Positions 58,741 through 64,000 of a stretch of DNA of 64,000 nucleotides are shown here, piece by piece. Source of the stretch: Squalus acanthias (lineage: Eukaryota); the NCBI GenBank assembly GCA_030390025.1, contig CM059431.1, positions 150,600,001 to 150,664,000 on the forward strand. The letters are read 5' to 3'. Position numbers and translations under genes: made by a program. The notes under the pieces were generated by a model that was given only the letters and a program-made list of their open reading frames with translations, was not told where the DNA came from and did not search any database. Position 1 is the first letter of the stretch. Each line of letters begins with the position of its first letter.

Positions 58741-61700
58741 ACACTCCAAGGTTCCTTTGTTCCTCTACACTACTCAGTGTCCTACCATTTAATCTGTATT
58801 CCCTTTCCTTGTTAGCCCTCCCCAAATGCATTACCTCACAGTTCTCCGGATTGAATTCCATTTGCCACTGTTCTGCCAACCTGAACAATTTATTGATATT
58901 TTCCTGCAGTCTACAGCTTCCTTCTTCAGTATCAACCACCCAGCCGATTGTAGTATCAACTGCAAACCTCTTAATCATACCCCCTATATTCAAGTCTAGA
59001 TCATTTATATATACCACAAAAAGCAAGTGACCTAATTCTGAGCCCTGCGGAACACCGTTGGAAACAGCCTTCCAGTTACAAAAACACCCATCAACCATTA
59101 CCCTCTGCTTCTTGTCTCCGAGCCAGTTTTGAATCCAACGTGACAATTTGCCCTGCATCACATTGGCTTTTAACTTCGTGACCAGTCTGCCATGTGGAAC
59201 CATATCAAAAGCCTTGCTAAAGTCCATATACACGACATCAAACGCACTAACCTCATCTACCCTCCTTGTTACATCCTCAAAAAAATCAATCAAATTTGTC
59301 AGATACGACCTTCCCTTCACAAATCCGTGCTGACTCTCCTTGATTAATCCGTGTCTTTCTAAATGAAGATTTATCCTGTTCTTCAGTATTCTTTCCAATA
59401 ATTTTCCCACCACCGAGGAAACGCTGACTGGTTTGTAATTACTCGGTCTATGCTTTTCTCCCTTTTTAAACAAGGGTACCACATTAGCAGACCTCCAGTC
59501 ATCCAGCACCACACCTAAAGCCAGAGAGGATCGGAAAATGGTGGTCAGGGCATCTGTTATTTCCTCTTTTGCTTCGCTTAACAGCCTGGGATACATTTCA
59601 TCCGGGCCTGGGGATTTATCGACTTTTAAAGCTGCTAAACCCCTCAATACTTCCTCTCTCACTATGTTTATTTCATTTAATATTTCACACTCCTCGTCCC
59701 TGATAGCAATGTCTGCTTCGCCACTCTCCTTTGTAAAGTAGACGCAAAGTATTCATTAAGAACCCTGCCGACGTCTCCCGCCTCCACACACAGATTACCC
59801 TCATGATCTCTAATAGGCCCTACTCTTTCTTTAGTTATCCTCTTATTCTTAATATATTTATGAAACATCTTTGGGTTATCCTGAATTTTACTGGTCAAGA
59901 ATTTTTCATGCTCTCTCTTTGCTTTCCAAATATCCTTTTTAATTGCACCTCTGCACTTTCTGTACTCCTCTAAAGATTCTGCAGTACTTAGCTCTCGGTA
60001 TCTGTCATATGCTTCCCTTTTTTTCATAATCCTACCCTGTATGTCCCTAGACATCCAGGGGGCTCTAGATTTGTTAGTCCCACCTTTTTTCTTTAAGGGC
60101 ACATATTTGGTCTGAACACTCCAGATCTCCTATTTGAATGCCTCCCAATGCTCTGACACTTATTTACCTTCAAATAGATATTTCCAGCCCACTATGGCTA
60201 AATCCTCTCTGAGCTTAGCAAAATTTGCTTTTCCCCAATTTGGAATATTTATTCCTGGTCTATACTTGTCCTTTTCCATAATTACCTTAAATCTAACTGA
60301 ATTATGGTCACTAGCATCAAAATGCTCCCCCACTGATACGCCTTCTACCTGCCCAGCTTCATTCCCTAAAACTAATTCCAGCACCAACCCCTCCCTTGTT
60401 GGGCTTGCTACATACTGGCTAAAAAATTCTCCTGGATGTATTTTAGTAATTCCGCTATACCCTTCACACTAATTTTATCCCAGTTAATATTGGGGTAGTT
60501 GAAATCCCCTACTATTACTACCCTATAGTTATTGCACTTCTCGGAAATTTGTCTTCATATTTGTTCTTCTATCTCCCTCTCACTGTTTGGGGGTCTATAG
60601 TACAGTCCCATCAGTGTGATCGCCCATTTATTTGTTTTTCAATTCGACCTATATGGCCTCGTTTGATGAGCCCTCCAAAATATCATTCCTCCTCACAGCT
60701 GTAATAGTTTATTTAAACAATACCGCGACCCCACCCCCCTCCCATTTTACCTCCCACTCCATCCCGTCTGAAAATCCTGTAACCAAGAATGTTGAGCTGC
60801 CATACCTGCCCGTCTTTCAGCCACGTCTTTGTAATAGCTATAATATCATAGTCCCAAATATCTACCTGTGCCCTCAGCTCATCTGCCTTGTTCGCTATAC
60901 TCCTTGCATTGTAGTATATACCATTTAGTACAGGCAAACCTCCTTGTTGAATACTTCTCGCCCTTGATTCCTCTGTCCTTCCAATTTACTTTCTACGTTT
61001 TTGTTTTCGAATTCCAGTTTTTCTTCCCTCCCTACTGACTCTATTCTTAGGTTCCCATACCCCTGCCAAACTAGTTTAAACCCTCCCCGACAGCACTAGC
61101 AACCGCACCCGCGAGGATATTGATCCCAGCTCTGTTGAGGTGCAACCCATCCGGCTTGTACAGGTCCCACCTCCCTCAGAAACGGTCCCAATAACCAGGA
61201 ATCTAAAACCCTCCCTTCTGCACCATCCTTCCAACCACGCATTCATCTGCTTTATCCTTCTATTTCTGGACTCACTAGCACGTGGCACCGGGAGTAATAC
61301 GGAGATTACTACTTTTGAGGTCCTGTTTTTTAATCTGACTCCTAGCTCCCTAAACTCTGCCTGCAGGATCTCTTGCCTCTTTGCACCTATGCACCAGGGA
61401 GGCAACATACCATCCTGGAGTCACGTCTGCGGCCGGGGAAACGCCTGTCTTCTCCCCTCACTTTGAATCCCCTACCACTATTGCTCTTTCACAATTTTTC
61501 CTCCCCCCCTGTGCAGCGGAGACACCCGTGGTGCCGAGGACTTGGATCTGACTGCACTCATCAGAGCGACCATCGCCACCACCAGTATTCAGAATAGAAT
61601 ACCTGTTGGAGAGCGAGATGCCCTCCGGGGCCTCCTGCACTTCCTGCCTGAACTTCTTCTGTCTGGTGGTCACCCACTTGCTCTCTGTCCACTTTCTCTT

Positions 61701-62440
61701 AGGCTGCGGTGTAACCACCTCACTAAACGTGTTATCCACGTATTTCTCAGCCTCGCGGATGCACCACAATGACTTCAGTCGCCACTCAAGCTCCGTAAAC
61801 CGTCGCTCGAGTCGTTGCAGCTGGTGACACTTACTGCACATGTAGTCATCCATGCAACGCGAATCGTCCATGACTTTCCACATGACACATCCGGTAGACT
61901 GAGCTGCCCTGCCATTCCTGTCATCCCTTTACCTAACAGACTATTTAAAAGACTGAGTACTAACCTTTATGTAAAAGACTAGGAACTACCCTTTATTTAA
62001 AGACTAAGAAATAACTTAACAGAATAGGCTTTAAACTTAAATAAAAACTATCATCCACTACTCTCCAATCAGCTGCTTCCCTTGTGCCGACGTCACTTTT
62101 AATCTGTGACGTCACTTTCGAATGTTGCCTGTTGGGGGCCGCTCTCGCTGCTGCCGCTGCCGGTGAGACTGGGCTCGCTCTCCCTCCCGCCCCTCATACA
62201 CCCCGCTGTCGCTCAGGCTCCTCCCAGAGCCGCTCTCGCTGCTGCCGCTGCCGGTGAGTCTGGGCTCGCTCTCTCTCCCGCTCCTTATACACCCCGCTGT
62301 CGCTCAGGCTCCTCCCAGAGCCGCTCTCGCTTCTGCCGCTGCCGATGAGTCTGGGCCTCGCTCTCCCACCCGCTCCGAAGACACCCCGCTGTCGCTCAGG
62401 CTCCTCCCAGGGCCGCTCTCGCTGCTGCCGCTGCCGCTAT
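58741..62440 (-). mobile_element. CR1 copy A: 5' monomer repeats, ORF1, endonuclease and RT, 3'-truncated
   Basis: ORF1 YMCSKCHQL...IVVGDS. ORF2 YYNARSIANK...KSPGPDEMYPRLL...YMDFSKAFD...GVPQGS...EEQRNLGV, where it ends. Confidence 0.92.
62135..62440 (-). repeat. ~91-bp GC-rich tandem monomers at the CR1 5' end (about 3.3 copies)
   Basis: gccgctctcgct recurs at 62138, 62229, 62320 and 62412. Confidence 0.9.
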
Positions 62441-62677
62441 CAAGATTTCATTAGTATGCACTCACGTCGATGTCTCGACAATTTAGACAGTGGATAAATT
62501 CCGGCAAATACGGCTTGGTCCTTTTTGCGTTGGATAATTAGTAAATGAGCTTATTAATTTATCACTTCTTCATTCCAAAGTAACAGTATTGGGAGATCCT
62601 GTTCATTTGGACTTGTTTCTTTTTAAAGCTTCTTTTTATCGTTAAAAATCCTAAAATTGAACTTTGAATTTAGCGCT

Positions 62678-63050
62678 ACAACAACAAGTTGCATTTGTAT
62701 AGCGCCTGTATTGTAGTTAACCTTTCCAATGAGCTTCACAGGAGCGTTATCAAACACAATTTGATAACGAGTTGCAAAAGGAGATATTTGGAGAGGAAGA
62801 GATAGGTTTTAAGGAGCCTCTGAAGGGAAGAGAGAGAGGCCGAGAGCCTGCGAGGTTTAGGGAGGCAATTACAGAGCTTAGAGCCTCGGCAGCTGAAGGC
62901 ACGGCCGCCAATTGTGGATTGATAAAACTTGCGGATGCGCAAGAGGTCAGAATTGGAGGAGTGCAGAGGCCTTGGAGGGTTTTAGGCTGGAGACGTTACA
63001 TAGATATGGAGGGGCGAGGCCATGGAGGGATTTGAACACAAGGATGAGAA
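62678..63050 (-). mobile_element. L2-like LINE 3' end
   Basis: Reverse complement resembles 7730-8070 and ends ggcgctatacaaatgcaacttgttgttg. Confidence 0.65.
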
Positions 63051-63356
63051 TTAATTGTATCGTATCTTTTGATAAGTCATTTGTAATTAAATAATTTTTC
63101 CATTGTAGATATTTTCGTTTTGGTGAAAGGGCTAACCGATTGGAATTGTTTTCGGTGACAAGGCATCTAAGCTGTGGTTCACCACATCCTCGCTGTTAGC
63201 TGTCCAACAAAGTCCCAGACGACATTGATTTGAAGACAAAGTTCAGAGTTGCTGAAGAAGAGAACCGGAACGTGGGTTACACAAGCAAAGAAGGACACAA
63301 CCTAGCTCCGGCTGAACACAGAATACTGAAAGTATAAAAGACTGAACGAAAACAAA

Positions 63357-64000
63357 ATGAGGAACGTCATACACTTGCGTGTCCCGAAAAGGAAAATATT
63401 GCTTCTCATTGTTGTGTTTGTAGTTTGTTATTTTGTATCACTGCACATGGACGGACAGGCGGATATGTTCCCCACAACTTTGCAAAAATCTTCACGGAAA
63501 CCGAGACAGACGTGCAGAGAGATGCTTCATGATGTTCTTGATATCACCGAAAAAGATTCAAATTGCTTTGAAATAATCAGTAGCAACGAGGAAACCTTTC
63601 GAAGTTTGACCAATTTAACTGGAATCGGAAACAAAGACCCGCACTTAACGGAAATCGATTATGTAAATGTTTGCACAGATTGCGCTTCTTTCATCAAATC
63701 CCACAAATACATAACTTTCCCCATAACCAGCGAGGAACGCGATTTCCCCATTGCCTATATCATTCTGATCCATCATAAAATTCAGATGTTTGAGAGACTT
63801 TTAAGGACCATTTATGCGCCGCAGAATGTGTACTGTGTCCACGTGGACAGGAAGTCTCCACAACCATTTCATTCGGCAGTCGCAGCCGTCGTCTCCTGTT
63901 TTGATAATGTCTTTATCACCAGTAGATTGGAAAGCGTGGTATACGGATCATTTTCCAGGCTCCAGGCCGATATCAACTGCATGAGCGATCTGGTAAGAAG
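63357..64000 (+). CDS. GT14 beta-1,6-N-acetylglucosaminyltransferase (core 2/I-branching, GCNT family), 5' part, runs off window
   Basis: Open from ATG 63357: MRNVIHLRVPKRKILLLIVVFVVCYFVSL (type II anchor)...EERDFPIAYIILIHHKIQMFERLLRTIYAPQNVYCVHVDRKS...SCFDNVF...VVYGSFSRLQADINCMSDL. Candidate acceptor ttttccattgtag ends at 63108. Confidence 0.95.
   Translation, partial: MRNVIHLRVPKRKILLLIVVFVVCYFVSLHMDGQADMFPTTLQKSSRKPRQTCREMLHDVLDITEKDSNCFEIISSNEETFRSLTNLTGIGNKDPHLTEIDYVNVCTDCASFIKSHKYITFPITSEERDFPIAYIILIHHKIQMFERLLRTIYAPQNVYCVHVDRKSPQPFHSAVAAVVSCFDNVFITSRLESVVYGSFSRLQADINCMSDLVR

Noticed and set aside
58577..59662. 361-aa RT ORF as an active or domesticated gene
   Set aside because: Catalytic FADD reads FAVD, upstream ORF2 is frameshifted and the C-terminus is another element's 5' UTR.

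Overview
Eukaryotic, repeat-dense genomic DNA. The repeat complement (many CR1 LINEs, DeuSINE/SacSINE1-like SINEs, Penelope-type ends) and the gene styles point to a cartilaginous fish; this is inference. Three host genes are supported. (1) The main coding exon of a GPR139-like class A GPCR (+, 1846-2747). (2) A 7-exon NLR-type gene on the minus strand (27444 to 19126, 680 aa as spliced by hand) that keeps HD1-WHD-HD2-LRR but appears to lack the whole P-loop nucleotide-binding domain through an in-frame deletion. (3) The 5' part of a GT14 core-2/I-branching beta-1,6-GlcNAc transferase (+, 63357 to window end), which is absent from the ORF track. The rest is mostly mobile DNA: nested CR1 insertions, two CR1 5' halves with esterase ORF1 and monomer-repeat promoters, an RTE fragment, a solo LTR with a 4-bp TSD, palindromic MITEs, a 5.8-kb 25-bp satellite, a LINE-derived 33-bp minisatellite, and a fold-back Penelope-derived element carrying hammerhead-ribozyme cores and a 13-bp TSD. 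Splice junctions, TSDs and inverted repeats were read base by base. Boundaries of old TE fragments are approximate, and family names come from remembered consensus motifs, not database searches.
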